Origin: Pristiophorus japonicus
Lineage: Eukaryota
Direction of reading: 5' to 3'
Assembly: GCF_044704955.1 (NCBI RefSeq)
Contig: NC_091987.1
Location: forward strand, 54,374,001 to 54,438,000
DNA length: 64,000 nucleotides
Under the pieces are notes generated by a model, which saw nothing but the letters and a program-made list of their open reading frames with translations, searched no databases and was not told the origin of the DNA. This document shows positions 50,301 to 63,834 of this stretch, one piece after another (the first letter of the stretch is position 1; the number at the start of each line of letters is the position of its first letter). Position numbers and translations under genes: made by a program.

Positions 50301-50479
50301 TTGAATAAACAGAGATAAAGGATAATGACAGCATGCTAGGCAGATGTAGAGGTGAAAGTAGTACCTGTCCTTTAAACCAGTTATTTTGGATTTGGAATGG
50401 GATGTCCAAAATTTTATAAAATTTTAAATGGACACCAAAAATCAGAAGGACTGTTTTCCTCTTGTAGCTAATATTAGCA

Positions 50480-51715
50480 TAGGAACATAGGAATAAAAAA
50501 ACAGGAGTGGACCATTCAGCTCCTCGAGTCTGAACTTTTGGGTTTCCTGCTGTCTCTTGGGTCCCCCTGTACTGTGTGAGTGGGACCCGGTAAAATCGAG
50601 GCCCTTGTTCTGGATTCCCCCACCAAAGGAAATAGTTTATCTGTATCTACCCTATCAAATCCTTTTATCATTTTAAAGACCTTGGGCCCGAAATTCATCA
50701 TATTGCCGCCAACTTACCACCCAGAAATGCAAATTTGATCACTTATTGCCCACTTACTGCCCACATTCCCGTCGGTGGGAAATTCATCAGATATTTACCG
50801 CCGGCGGTAGTCCATACTGCCTGCCCATCGGCGAAAAATGCAAATTTGATCACTAAGATCCATTTACTGCCAGGCCTAAATTACGTCCTGAAAAGTAAGG
50901 TCTTACCTGATCTTAGCTGATCTTAAGCGGACGATAGTAGTGTACCATGGCAGCAGCCACCGCCCCCATCCCCACCCCCCCCAACACCAGCCTTCTCTGC
51001 CCACTGTATGGAACCCTCATGACTGTTACCCTTCATTGAGTTCTTTGTTGAAGAGGTCAGAAGGATGTTTAAGAAACCCAAACAGCCAGCAATAATATTT
51101 TTTGATTACTTTTTCATGATATATTTTGCTAAGACACTGTCCATTTTATTTGACAGCAGGTAGACCTTGATGCCTGCTCCTGGGTTGGGCTCAGCACCTT
51201 CCCTGGTTTCCTGGGCTGTGCTCCATTCCTCCACTGACTCCTGGGTTGAGACTCTGCTACGGGTTTCGTGGGATTCTCTCTGCTGCTCTCTTGGATCAAC
51301 CAGCGCTCCTTCAGCGCTTCCCGAACTGGGCTTAGCTTTCTCCTCTGGCTGCTGGACTATTTCCTCCTCGTATCAGCCTGCATACGTCAAAAAAAAAGCG
51401 CATGCGCAGAACTCGGCTTCTAATCTTTGCTGAGTTTAATGGCCTGCACCGCCCGCCAATACCCGCTACACCCCGCTCCCGCTGCCACTCATTACATCAC
51501 CATCAAATTTGTGCTGGAGGATCTCAGCGGCAGCAGCTGTAAAAAATGAAGGGCCGCCGGATACCGCCGAGAAGCTGGAGGCAGCGGGACATCATCAATT
51601 TCGGGCCCCTTGATTGGTTCACCCTTAACCTTCCAAACTCAAGGGAATATAAACCATGCTTATGCAACCTGCCTTCATAATTTAACTCTTTAAGCCATGG
51701 TAGCATTCTGGTGAA
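50480..51715 (-). mobile_element. Old CR1 3' fragment split by a MITE
   Basis: Minus ORFs give GLYSLEFGRLR (51524-51706) and VFKMIKGFDRVD..LFPLVGESRTR (50516-50701). Confidence 0.75.
50684..51608. mobile_element. Harbinger-type MITE (925 bp)
   Basis: TIR GGGCCCGAAATT / AATTTCGGGCCC; TSD CTT on both sides; no coding capacity seen. Confidence 0.85.
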
Positions 51716-54700
51716 CCATCATAACTATATAGAAGAGACTACTGATTTATACTCACACCTAGCTTGTCACTAAATCTATTGAACAGTGGAAAATACACCC
51801 TCAGGTTTTTAAAATAGAATTTTTATCATTTTTGTGCCTTATGATGTCGCAGTATTAATTATTGCAATTATTAAGTTATCAATGATTTGTGTTGCCATTA
51901 GCAAAGCCAATATTATGTGTTCACCCTTTGTCCCATCTCTATCCTGTCTTTTATTGTAAAAAAGGTTGCAATTGTGAGTCTATGCTACAGGGTGAGGCAG
52001 AGTTAATCAAAATGGAGATGAAAGGACTGCAGAATGAGAAACAGCATCTAGGGTAGGGGAGGAGCAGAGAGGAATATACATGTTCCTCGTGGCCCCTCAA
52101 AAATTGACTCCTGTGAAGCCTAACCCTCTGCGACCCTCCCTGATAACCGCCCCACCCCCTTTAACCTACCTGCACTGGCTGGGCTCTGTGTTGGAACCGT
52201 TGCATTTTTGAGACCCCCCCCACTCCGCCCCCAATCAGAAAGCTGCTCAAGATGCCAAGAAACTCACCAACAGAATAGTATTAAGGGCCAATCGTGAATA
52301 TTGATTGGTCCTCTCACCAGTGACATTGGGTCGCCAAAACTAAAAATTGACCCAATGATCTTAGAGTGGAGTCAAAATGAAGATGAGAGAGGTTTTCCAT
52401 TGAGAAGAACAAATAAGTTCATTAACTTAAAACAGAGCGAGCTGGAAAGATAGAGTGGGCCTGTCCGCATATATAAAGCAAAAATACATGAATATTTTTG
52501 GTGCAATTTAAAGTGACATCCTTTGTTGATCTTAGCCATTTTATATTATTTGCTGTCAGACAATTAATGCAACTCCAATCTGACATCAGCAAAGTGGCTC
52601 TATATGACTCATTACATTTCAAGGTGAAAGTGGCAGAAAGGCAGTTATGAAGTACAAGAATAACGAAAAAAGAGAGCGATTACGTTGAAATAACAACACA
52701 GGGTAGATGTTCTGAGCCTTCACCCAGAGCGAGGTACCTCACACGCTGCAGGTCTCGGGGAATCTACCCACATATCCACATCAAAATATTACATGCTTAG
52801 TTCTTCTAAAATTAATTGTGATAATAGTACAAATCCACAATCATTCTGTATATTGTACTAATTACACGTTATGTTGTTCGTTATTCATATTTTCTGGAAA
52901 GAACATTTATTTATGATGAAAGTAAAATATATTGGGCTAGACTTTCGGCATCTATCCACCCATTTAGTGTATATAATAACATTTGTAAATATATTGAAAA
53001 TTTACAGTTCATTGAAAATAACTGTTTTGGTCGCTGAATTAATAATTTACAACTGTACTAATGGTAGCCATTCTATTTTCAAGTAAAACTGCCATCTGCT
53101 GATATACTATAAAGAAAATATTTCTATATTGTTTAGATTCTAATAAAACACCTCAATTAGTGGTGTTTGCTTCTATTCATATCCCAAACAAAAGATTTTA
53201 AAAAAATCTACGAAGCATTAATAAGATTAAGATGCGAATGAGTTTTGGAGCAGTTATCACAGACAAATGTATTTTTTTTCAACAGCAATTTTTATTTTGA
53301 AATAATTAAAAAGTGTATGTGCCATTCAGTGAGCTGCACTGTGACACATAGCCACCAGAACATGAAAACTGAGAAGAGTCAATTATCCCAGTAGTATGAT
53401 GAATGTGAAGCGTCAATTATCCCAGTAGTGGGTTTTAATTGTTTTATATGATCAGTAATGGATGACATCCTTCTTTGGGACTGATAACCATCTGCAAGAA
53501 AAGAAAAATGTATATCTGAGGGGGTGGCATGTCTCATTGCCCAAATCTTCACATATCATCTCTCTGTAATGTGTTTTGAAGCTATGTTGATTTGTTGATA
53601 CATGAGTCTATAATGGCCTGTTGGGAGATAGCAGAACCTGTTTCCACTAAATGGAGCAGACATCAAACAGTACTTATCTACCAGTTATAACAAAAGGACT
53701 AAAATAAAGGAAAAACAAATATTAAAACACACTTAAATGAAAATTTAAGGAAAATCAATTTTTGTGAACAGAATTTTCTTCATTTAAAAAGAAAATATTT
53801 TAAAGGAGCCACAGAAACTGTAGAAAGGGCACAGGGCACAAGAAAACTGCAGACAACAACCAAAATCTAAAATTTCCTTTTGGCTTTGTAGGCTCAAAGA
53901 ATCCTATAAATTGAGTTTAATTATAGTGTACCATCGGGCACAGAAGCTGCTGTGGAATCAGTGATGATACTAGGACATCATAAGGAAAGATTTATATTGT
54001 AGATGTTACTGAGTCGCAGTTATTCTGTTATTGGTAATATTATTCATATAGGATTAATGCAGGATGCATATTGGGGGTCAATGGCTCACAGAAAATAAAT
54101 TACGAATTTACACCTGCCACAAATTTACAAGCACCTCAGGAACAAGCAATGAGTAATCCAGTAGTCCTTGACATATATTCCCCAATGTTTTTTTACATTG
54201 GTTTACATGTCAATGCAGTCATTGTACACTTTGAAGAAATCTGTTTTCATGGGCTAGATTTTACACTATTTTTGCATGCATCACGCCCACTTAACATCCA
54301 TTTTACCGCTGAAATGAGGTATAACGCCCAGATATCGCCCATTTAGCCACAAAATGGAAACTGCCGCCCATTTTTCGGACACTTATCGGCAAGCGTTAGT
54401 TTTGCCATGTACGTAATACCGGGAAAAAATAATACCGCCCGCCCACTATTTTGGGGCGTAATGATCAGAATGGGCGAACCCAATGCCCATAATATCGCCC
54501 AGCGTTACTTTCCGCACATAATTAATGCCGAGATTCAATAATATTGACCGCCCACTTTATTTTGTCATAAAGATCACATTTGACGAAACTAACGCCCAGG
54601 AAATCAGCCAGCGTCACTTTCACCACCTCGCACACATCTCGCCCACAATATCGCTCGCCCAAAAAACCGCCAGGAAAAAGTGGAACTAACCGGAGCTACT

Positions 54701-56099
54701 CACAGCACTATGGACACCATGTTCTAAATCACATGTTGCCTCATTTAAAAGGCTGCTCTGCTTCAACCTCGGGAGAGTTTGGATGTACTATGGAGGTCTT
54801 TGGAGGTGATGTGAACATCTGAACAAACATCTTTATCATACTGTGGATGATTGGAATTTAATAGGTGCCTTTGTGGGGACATTCTTTCTTTGTGACCAAT
54901 CGGTGGAAAACAGATAGCTATTGCAATGGGGCCTGTCCTTTCTCACCCTCTCTTGATGACCACTTACATGTTGCAGACTCGAGATGGCCGAAGGTACGCT
55001 CGACAGCATCATGTGCCCAATGTAAGATGTGACAGACTGATGAGGAGGACCAGATGTTACACCCGCCACAAGTACAGGGCGAAGCAGTCTTACCTCAACT
55101 TGCCCGACACCACCTGCCTTTGGAGACTGCGCTTCCACAAAGGGGTTATCAGTGGGATATGCCAGCTCATAAGGAGAGATCTGCAGCCTGCCAGCACCAT
55201 CAGGACCGCACTGTCCGTCGAGGTCAAAGTCACCACGTTACTGTTGTTCTATGCGTCGGCTTCTTTTCCGGCCTCAGCTGGCGACATTTGCAGTATGTCT
55301 CAGCATACCACACATTGCTGCATTAGACAGGTCACTGAAGCGCTGTACGAATGCAGGATGGAACTTATCATATTCCCTAAGACCAGGGAGGCTCAGACTG
55401 AGAGCGCTCCAGGATTCTACCAAAATTCTAACTTCCCCAAGATGCAGGGAGCAATAGACTGTATGGATGCAGAGGTTTTCAGGAACCGCAAGGGATTCCA
55501 CTCCCTGAATGTGCAACTCATTGTCGACCACCAGCAAATTATTATGACAGTGAATGCTACATTTCCGAGCAGCATCCATGCTGCTCACATCCTGCGTGAG
55601 AGCACTGTACCTGACTTGTTTAACAATCAGCCACAAGGTCAATTCTGGATCCTTGGTGACAAAAGATATGGCCTTGCCACCTGGCTGATGAACCCCCTGC
55701 ATGACACCCACACCAAAGCCAAGGAGCGATACAACAAGAGCCACAGAGCCACTCGCAATATCATGGAGAAAACCATTGGAGTGCTTAAGCTGCGCTTTAG
55801 ATGCCTAGATCACTCAGGAGGCGAGGAGGTGCGTGGAGAGACCTATAAAAGGCTGTGAGGTCGGGCGGTGCGTCGCTGAGTCGGGAGCAGCATTGAGGAG
55901 GTGCGTGGAGAGGTGGAGCTTGTGCAGCTACAGGGAGAAGGCAAAAAAGAAGCAGAAAGAAACAGAAAGGTGATGTCACAGCCAAGGGGGTAAGTGATTG
56001 GTTGGTGATTGGTGAGTAGTTTTTCTTTTTTCTCTTCTATAACAGTGAGTAAACTTTAGCTTTGTTGTTGCCAATTTAAGTGTATCTAAGGGTTAAAGC

Positions 56100-57050
56100 A
56101 TGGTGGGAGAGCTCGGTCACGTGATATGCTCCTCCTGTACCATGTGGGAACTCAGGGACACTTCCGGTGTCCCTGACGACTACGTGTGCAGGAAGTGTAT
56201 CCGCCTCCAGCTCCTGACGGACCGCGTTGCGGAATTGGAGCTGAGGGTGGATTCACTCTGGAGCATCCACGATGCTGAGAATGACGTGAGTAGCATGTGT
56301 AGTGAGTTGGTCTTACCGCACGTGAAGGGTCCACAGCCAGCTAGGGAATGGAAAACCAGCAGGAAGAGCAGTGCAAGGAAGGTAGTGCAGGGGTCCCCTG
56401 CAATCATCCCCCTGCAAAACAGATACACCGTTTTGAGTACTGTTGAGGGGGATGACTCATCAGGGGAGGGCAGCAGCAGCCAAGTTCATGGCACCGTGGC
56501 TGGTTCTGCTGCACAGGAGGGCAGGAAAAAGAGTGGGAGAGCAATAGTGACAGAGGATTTGATTGTAAGGGGAATAGATAGGCGTTTCTGTGGCCGCAAC
56601 CGAGACTCCAGGATGGTATGTTGCCTCCCTGGTGCAAGGGTCAAGGATGTCTCGGAGCGGGTGCAGGACATTCTGAAAAGGAAGGGTGAACAGCCAGTTG
56701 TCGTGGTGCACATTGGTACCAAAGATATAGGTAAAAAAAGGGATGAGGTCCTACAAGACAAATTTAAGGAGCTGGGAGCTAAATTAAAACGTAGGACCTC
56801 AAAAGTAGTAATCTCGGGATTGCTCCAAGTGCCACGTGCTAGTCAGAGTAGGAATCGCAGGATAGCTCAGATGAATACGTGGCTTGAGCAGTGGTGCAGC
56901 AGGGAGGGATTCAAATTCCTGGGGCATTGAAACCGGTTCTGGGGGAGGTGGGACCAGTACAAACTGGACGGTCTGCACCTGGGCAGGACCGGAACCAATG
57001 TCCGAGGGAGAGTGTTTGCTCATGCTGTTGGGGAGGAGTTAAACTAATAT
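56100..57050 (+). pseudogene. CR1 ORF1: zinc finger, coiled coil, SGNH/GDSL esterase domain
   Basis: CSSCTMW..CRKC; RVAELELRVDSL; NRYTVL; MVCCLPGARVKD; VVVHIGT.DI; stop at 56930 (TGG>TGA), then DGLHL in frame. Confidence 0.88.
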
Positions 57051-57239
57051 TGCAGGGGGATGGAAACCAATGCATGGAGACAGAGGGAAACAAAAAGGAG
57101 ACAAAAGCAAAAGACAGAAAGGAGATGAGTAAAAGTGGAGGGCAGAGAAACCAAAGGCAAAAACCAAAAAGGGCCACTGAATATATAGGGGCTGCAGGAG
57201 GGGTCAAAACTAAAAATCATGGTTTAAAAACTAGTATTA

Positions 57240-59989
57240 AAACACTCTACCTAAACGCACGCAGCATTCAAAATAAAGTAAATGAGTTGACGGCACAAAT
57301 CATTACAAATGGGTATGATTTGGTGGCCATTACAGAAACGTGGTTGCAGGGTGGCCAAGATTGGGAATTAAACATACAGGGGTATCTGACAATTCGGAAA
57401 GATAGACAAGAAGGGAAAGGAGGTGGGGTAGCTCTGTTAATAAAGGATGATATCAGGGCAGTTGTGAGAGACGATATTGGCTCTAATGAACAAAATGTTG
57501 AATCATTGTGGGTGGAGATTAGAGATAGTAAGGGGAAAAAGTCACTGGTGAGCGTAGTTTATAGGCCTCCAAATAATAACTTCATGGTGGGGCGGGCAAT
57601 AATCAAGGGAATAATGGAGGCATGTGAAAAAGGAACGGCAGTAATCATGGGGGATTTTAACCGACATATCGATTGGTCAAATCAAATCGCACGGGGTAGC
57701 CTGAAGGAGGAATTCATAGAATGCATACGGGATTGTTTCTTAGAACAGTATGTTACAGAACCTACAAGGGAGCAAGCTATCTTAGATCTGGTCCTCGTAA
57801 AAGATCCTCTCGGAATGAGTGATCACAGTATGGTTGAATTTGTAATACAGGTTGAGGGTGAGGAAGTAGTGTCTCAAACGAGCGTAAATGCTTAAACAAA
57901 GGGGACTATATTGGGATGAGGGCAGAGTTGGCTAAAGTAGACTGGAAACACAGACTAAACGGTGGCACAATTGAGGAACAGTGGAGGACTTTTAAGGAGC
58001 TCTTTCATAGTGCTCAACAAAAATATATTCCAGTGAAAAAGAAGGGCGGTAAGAGAAGGGATAACCAGCCGTGGATAACCAAGGAAATAAAGGAGAGTAT
58101 CAAATTAAAAACCAATGCGTATAATGTGGCCAAGGTTTGTGGGAAACTAGAAGATTGGGAAAATTTTAAACAACAGCAAAGACTGACTAAGAAAGCAATA
58201 AAGAAAGGAAAGATAGATTACGAAGGTAAACTTGCGCAAAACATAAAAACAGAGAGTAAAAGCTTTTACAGATATATAAAATGGAAAAGAGTGACTAAAT
58301 TGAATGTTGGTCACTTAGAAGATGAGAAGGGGGATTTAATAATGGGAAATGTGGAAATGGCTGAGACCTCAAATAATTATTTTGCTTCGGTCTTCACAGT
58401 CGAAGAAACAAAAACTATGCCAAAAATTGCTGGGCAGAGGAATGTGGGAAGGGAGGACCTTGAGACAATCACTATCACTAGGGGGTAGTGCTGTAAGGGC
58501 TAATGGGACTCAAGGTAGACAAGTCCCCTGGTCCTGATGAAATGCATCCCAGGGTATTAAAAGAGATGGCGGAAGTTATAGCAGATGCATTCGTTATAAT
58601 CTACCAAAATTCTCTGGACTCTGGGGAGGTACCAGCAGATTGGAAAGCAGCTAATGTGACGCCTCTGTTTAAAAAAGGGGGCAGATAAAAGGCAGGTAAC
58701 ATCTGTAGTGGGGAAAATGCTTGAAGCTATCATTAAGGAAGAAATAGCGGGATATCTAGATAGGAATAGTGCAATCAAGCAGACGCAACATGGATTCATG
58801 AAGGGGAAATCATGTTTAACTAATTTACTGAAATTCTTTGAGGATATAACGAGCATGGTGGATAGAGGTGTACCGATGGATGTGGTATATTTAGATTTCC
58901 AAAAGGCATTCGATAAGGTGCCACACAAAGGTTACTGCAGAAGATAAAGGTACACGGAGTCAGAGGAAATGTATTAGCATGGATCGAGAATTGGCTGGCT
59001 AACAGAAAGCAGAGAGTTGGGATAAATGGGTCCTTTTCGGGTTGGAAATCAGTGGTTAGTGGTGTGCCACAGGGATCTGTGCGGGACCACAACTGTTTAC
59101 AATATACATAGATGACCTGGAAGAGGGGACAGAGTGTAGTGTAACAAAATTTGCAGATGACACAAAGATTAGTGGGAAAGCGGGTTGTGTAGAGGACACA
59201 GAGAGGCTGGAAAGAGATTTAGATAGGTTAAGCGAATAGGCTAAGGTTTGGCAGATGTAATACAATGTCGGAAAGTGTGAGGTCATCCACCTTGGAAAAA
59301 AAAACAGTAAAAGGGAATATTATTTGAATGGGGAGAAATTACAACATGCTGCAGTGCAGAGGGACCTGGGGGTCCTTGTGCATGAATCCCAAAAAGTTAG
59401 TTTGCAGGTGCAGCAGGTAATCAGGAAGGCGAATGGAATGTTGGCCTTCATTGCTAGAGGGATGGAGTACAAAAGCAGGGAGGTCCTGCTGCAACTGTAT
59501 AGGGTATTGGCGAGGCCACACCTGGAGTACTGAATGCAGTTTTTGTCACCTTACTTAAGGAAGGATATACTAGCTTTGGAGGGGATACAGAGATGATTCA
59601 CTAGGCTGATACCGGAGATGAGGGGGTTACCTTATGATGATAGATTGAGTAGACTGGGTCTTTACTCATTGGAGTTCAGAAGGATGAGGAGTGATCTTAT
59701 AGAAACATTTAAAATAATGAAAGGGATAGACAAGATAGAGGCAGAGAGATTGTTTCCACTGGTCGGGGAGACTAGAACTAGGGGGCACAGCCTCAAAATA
59801 CGGGAGAGCCAATTTAAAACCGAGTTGAGAAGGAATTTCTTCTCCCAGAGGGTTGTGAATCTGTGGAATTCTCTGCCCAAGGAAGCAGTTGAGGCTAGCT
59901 CATTGAATGTATTCAAGTCACAGATAGATAGATTTTTAATCAATAAGGGAATTAAGGGTTACGGGGAGCGGGCGGGTAAGTGGAGCTGA
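57240..59989 (+). pseudogene. CR1 ORF2 (APE endonuclease plus RT), broken
   Basis: LYLNARSI, AITETW, VYRPP, GDFN, SDH, SPGPD, QHGF, LDFQKAFD, FADD motifs. Confidence 0.93.
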
Positions 59990-62560
59990 GTCTACGGCCA
60001 GATCAGCCATGATCTTGTTGAATGGCGGAGCAGGCTCGAGGGGCTAGATGGCCTATTCCTGTTCCTAATTCTTATGTACTTATGTGCTTATGTTCTCCAA
60101 TACCACCCTGAGCAGGTAGCTCAATTTGTGGTGGTGTGCTCCATGCTGCACAACTTGGCTATCAGGAGGGGAAAAGAATTGCCAGAAGGGTCTGACAGTC
60201 CACCTCAGCAGAGAGAGGAAGAGGAGGATGAGAAGGTGGACGCTGACCTTGGGCCACACAATCAGGCTGATGCTGAGACCATGCCCCTGCCCCCCTGTAG
60301 ACCGCATAAAAGGGCCCATGGTGGCATCATAATTGCAAGACTCTTATGTCAGGAGCTCATGAATGAGCGCTTTGCCTGAAAGAATGTTGGTGTTATTTAC
60401 AAGGCTGCCACACTGCTGGTTATGCAGGTGATACATCAATGGTGGACATCACCTTGGTGACAGTTAAAGTTTAAGTTGATTGAAGTTAAGTGTAATTATA
60501 CCCTTTGATGTTAAGGAATCACCAGCGTGTGACGGTGCAGCTATCTGAGCCAATGCGCAACAAAGTTTTGTTAAATACAAAACATTTAAACCAAACATTT
60601 GTCTGAAATCATAAGTATATCTGCAAAAACCAACCCTTCTCCACCCGCCACCCCCCCCCCCCACCCCCGCTTCTCATCCCCACCCTTCTCCTCCTGACTC
60701 CAAGCCGCCTGGCCGAGGAGTTCCTCAGGTGATGCTTCATTGGCGGGGGGAGGGGGATGACGGCCGAACTGCTGCTTGGACGGATACGGAAGAGGACGGT
60801 CCCAAGGTGGGAATGTGCTGTGAGCCGGTAGCAAGATGTTGCTCCTGGCTCTCATATGTCATTGGCAATGGGGGTGCGGCACCTTGGGGTGCAGTGCCGC
60901 GTTCCAGGACCACTGGGAGCCCTCTGCCACCAGTGTTCCTGGCTAACAGCTCCAGGGCCTCCTCCATCCTCTTCCATGTTATATATTATTTGTTGGACAA
61001 AAACTCAGTGGCAACTATGTTCTTATTGCTTAGTAGGCTTTTTGCTACTGGTGAATCTCCGTCGTGCCTCCCACAACAGCCAAACAAGCACACACTACAC
61101 CCACACACACTTTCAGTCCCTCTTTGTTCCCTCTCTCTCTGTCTCCTCTTCTGCACATGTAATGATGACCCATGACCTCCTGAATCGTGGGAAATGAGCG
61201 TTGCCATGCCGTTACTAAGGACAGCAACACTCTACGGTAGAAGTCAGAGAGATTTAATGCTACCGCCCATTTCATATCGCTCGCGGTAACACCCAATTTC
61301 AAAAATGGAGACTAGGGGCTTTGAGAATGGGCGACAAGCCGGTGATCTGAAAACCCATTGTTACTGCCCACGCCGTAAATACCACCCATTTTTGGCCGAT
61401 TTGCTCAAAAGTGTAAAATCTAGCCCCATAACTTTCCTTAAACCATATTGTCACCATTTAAAGATGATCTGTAATGATAATAAAATAACAGAAGTGGAAA
61501 GAAAAAATATCCTCATGAAGGGCTTGGTAACTGTGCTTGTTGAACGTGTTGCATAGAAACAGTGGATACTGTCCTCAATGTAGAAATAAATCAAAAAGGC
61601 TGATATTTCCGTATAATCAGCCATCAATTTACAAATAGGCGCATAATGACTTTACCCTGAGGTATATTTTAAAGAAAAATTACATTTCTAAATTGTCTTT
61701 GTAAACCGATCGTTTAGCTGAGCAATGTTTCTTTGAACGTACACATACCAGAACATGTGTTCTCATGTCTCAATGGGCCACACGACCATACAATCTGAAG
61801 TAAAGTGCCTGCTTTCCAAGAGATGCTGATGATTGTCCAGCTATCATTTCTAACTTGACCCCTACACTCTCATGTAGATCCCATAGTCAGTCATGCTCAA
61901 AGCTCATCTGAATTGTGGAAGCTTCAAGTTGTTGTGAAGTACATGATGTGCTAATGCATTTTCTTGTAGGGTAAACCTACACTGTCGGCACAATAAGATT
62001 TATATGGGTTAATTTCTGTTGGGAGGGAAAATGCATTCTAAATCATTCTTTTGGCCACATAAATTATCATTGGCTTTTTCTGGAATATATTCTACAGAAC
62101 CACTGATTCACAAAGACATGCACATTCACAAGCAAAGTTATCTAATATAATCACTTACCATATCTCAACTATGCACTTGTAATACCCTCATGCATTCCTG
62201 CCAACTCTTTAACTTAACTGCAATAAGAAAACATGCACCAAACTGGTCAATGTGCCAAATACTGTTTTCTTGCTCAATCAAGATGGAATATGAAAAATCC
62301 ACGAGCTAGGATCCCAGTCGTTACGCTGGGATTGTACATGCCAAAGCTCTGCGGTGTTGACCCTGCCAGAGTTTGCAGAGTTAGCATAAGATCACATACT
62401 TTGTTTGGGGAAGGTGGGTGCCCTTGCCTCTGCAGGCACATCTCCAATGCCTGCCTGTGCTATGCAGTGATATACATTGCAATGATATGCTACACTTTAT
62501 GGCACATTGTAGATGGTGATATCAGCTGAATCAGAAACTGATCTAATGAGAGAGGCAATT

Positions 62561-62839
62561 TGTAGTGTATCTAGGCACCTTTAGTAATGACTCCACAAGG
62601 CAGGGTATGATACTTAAGCTGTGCAGACCTGTAGTCCTTTATTTGCAGCTCCTGAGTGACGACAAGAAGCTGTGAGTTCCCTTTTATACTGGGTTACCTG
62701 CTGTGTGCAGGCAACCCTTGAGTCTCCAGCAGCAGCATCCTCTGGTGTACAGGCAAGGTGTGTACAGTGTAAGGGTACATTCAATGTTGCGTAACAGTGT
62801 TACAGACATCACACAGTAAACAGGCATGCATACACAACA
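62561..62839 (-). mobile_element. Solo LTR (279 bp), Gypsy-type
   Basis: TGTAGTGTA...TACACAACA; perfect TSD CAATT on both sides; minus-strand TATAAAA and AATAAA; shares motifs (GACTCCAC, AGTCCTTTATT, CTTTTATACT) with the 17183 LTR. Confidence 0.88.
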
Positions 62840-63699
62840 CAATTGATCAAAACATCAATGCTCAGCCCAGAAATGCAGGGTAAAGGCATTTGCTTCCCTT
62901 TTCCTTGTACCAGATTTTTTGAGTGGCTTAGCACATTAATCTGCTTCTGCAAATTGGATGAGTTCCCAGTCACACAACCACATTCAGTGTCCTTGAAACT
63001 TCAGCTTCTTAAAAGAAGGAAAACTGACATTCTAAATCTCACTCTGTGCTGTGGGTGGGTGAAGTTTCCTGATGTCTGTGCGTGTTCAGAAAATCATTGT
63101 CACTAAGCTCCTGTAGCAGCTGTCTGATGATACAACCTGGTTGCATTTTGCAGTTCAATGTAATGGACAGCTCATTTAAAACTAACAGGAAGACTAAACC
63201 ATTCTGGTTCTAAGTACTCAAGCTCTTGTGACAATGATGTGAAGACTATTTCCCTTCTGTTTGTTAATGAAAGGAACAGCAGTCTCCTTTTCTGTCTACT
63301 TGTGGACTGAGGGATTTCAGTGCTAGGGCTCCTCCGTGGTTGCAGTTCGCTGGTATTGATTATAGGTGAGTTTTTCCTTTGGAAGAAGAGAGGAGAAAAT
63401 CAAAGGCATCTCAGTATCTTGGATATTCCCATATGAGTGCATACATTCTAAGATGATGCCATGTGGTCCCCTATAAATTAACTATCCATTCAGATTAGCA
63501 GAATATGTTGTGGCAGGCAATGTAAATTGCCAGAGTGGTTTAAAATAAAAATGGTACTTGAGAACTTACCCTTGAGAACTTACCCTTTGCATAAGAAAGT
63601 TTCCTTGACACCCAGGTGCTGACAGAGAAGGTGTGTGATAGGTAAGGAAATGAGAAAAGTCTGTATGAGTGGCAGAGCATGTGGATTTCAAGAGTGTCT

Positions 63700-63800
63700 C
63701 AACTTACCTTGACTGCTCTTGTGAGGTCATTGAATCTCTACTTGCATTGTGTGGAAATTCTTAGGGTGGCAAGACCAGATCGGCATTGGCTCTGCAACCT
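63700..63800 (-). pseudogene. Harbinger Myb exon remnant
   Basis: Minus strand reads TQCK*RFNDLTRAVK followed by GTAAGT. Confidence 0.55.
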
Positions 63801-63834
63801 TTCTGTCCAGCACGTCAAAGTTGTTGAAGATTAA

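Larger units (their letters stand above)
55826..60094 (+). mobile_element. Full-length CR1-B LINE (~4.27 kb), decayed
   Basis: 5' UTR, ORF1, ORF2 and (CTTATGT)-type tail; inserted with no visible TSD. Confidence 0.93.
54926..60379 (+). pseudogene. Harbinger transposase split into 54926-55825 and 60095-60379
   Basis: GAIDC (small in-frame deletion follows), SSIHA (catalytic-region D lost), LGDKRY, then CLDHSGGE | LQYHPEQV..MLHNLAI rejoining exactly across the CR1. Confidence 0.92.
54251..61426 (+). mobile_element. Harbinger transposon (transposase-only type) interrupted by a full-length CR1
   Basis: Perfect 17-bp TIR GGGCTAGATTTTACACT / AGTGTAAAATCTAGCCC; TSD CAT on both sides. Confidence 0.93.

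Noticed and set aside
54926-55858. Domesticated HARBI1 gene
   Set aside because: Flanked by TIRs and a TSD, multi-copy, has catalytic-region lesions and is split by a CR1.
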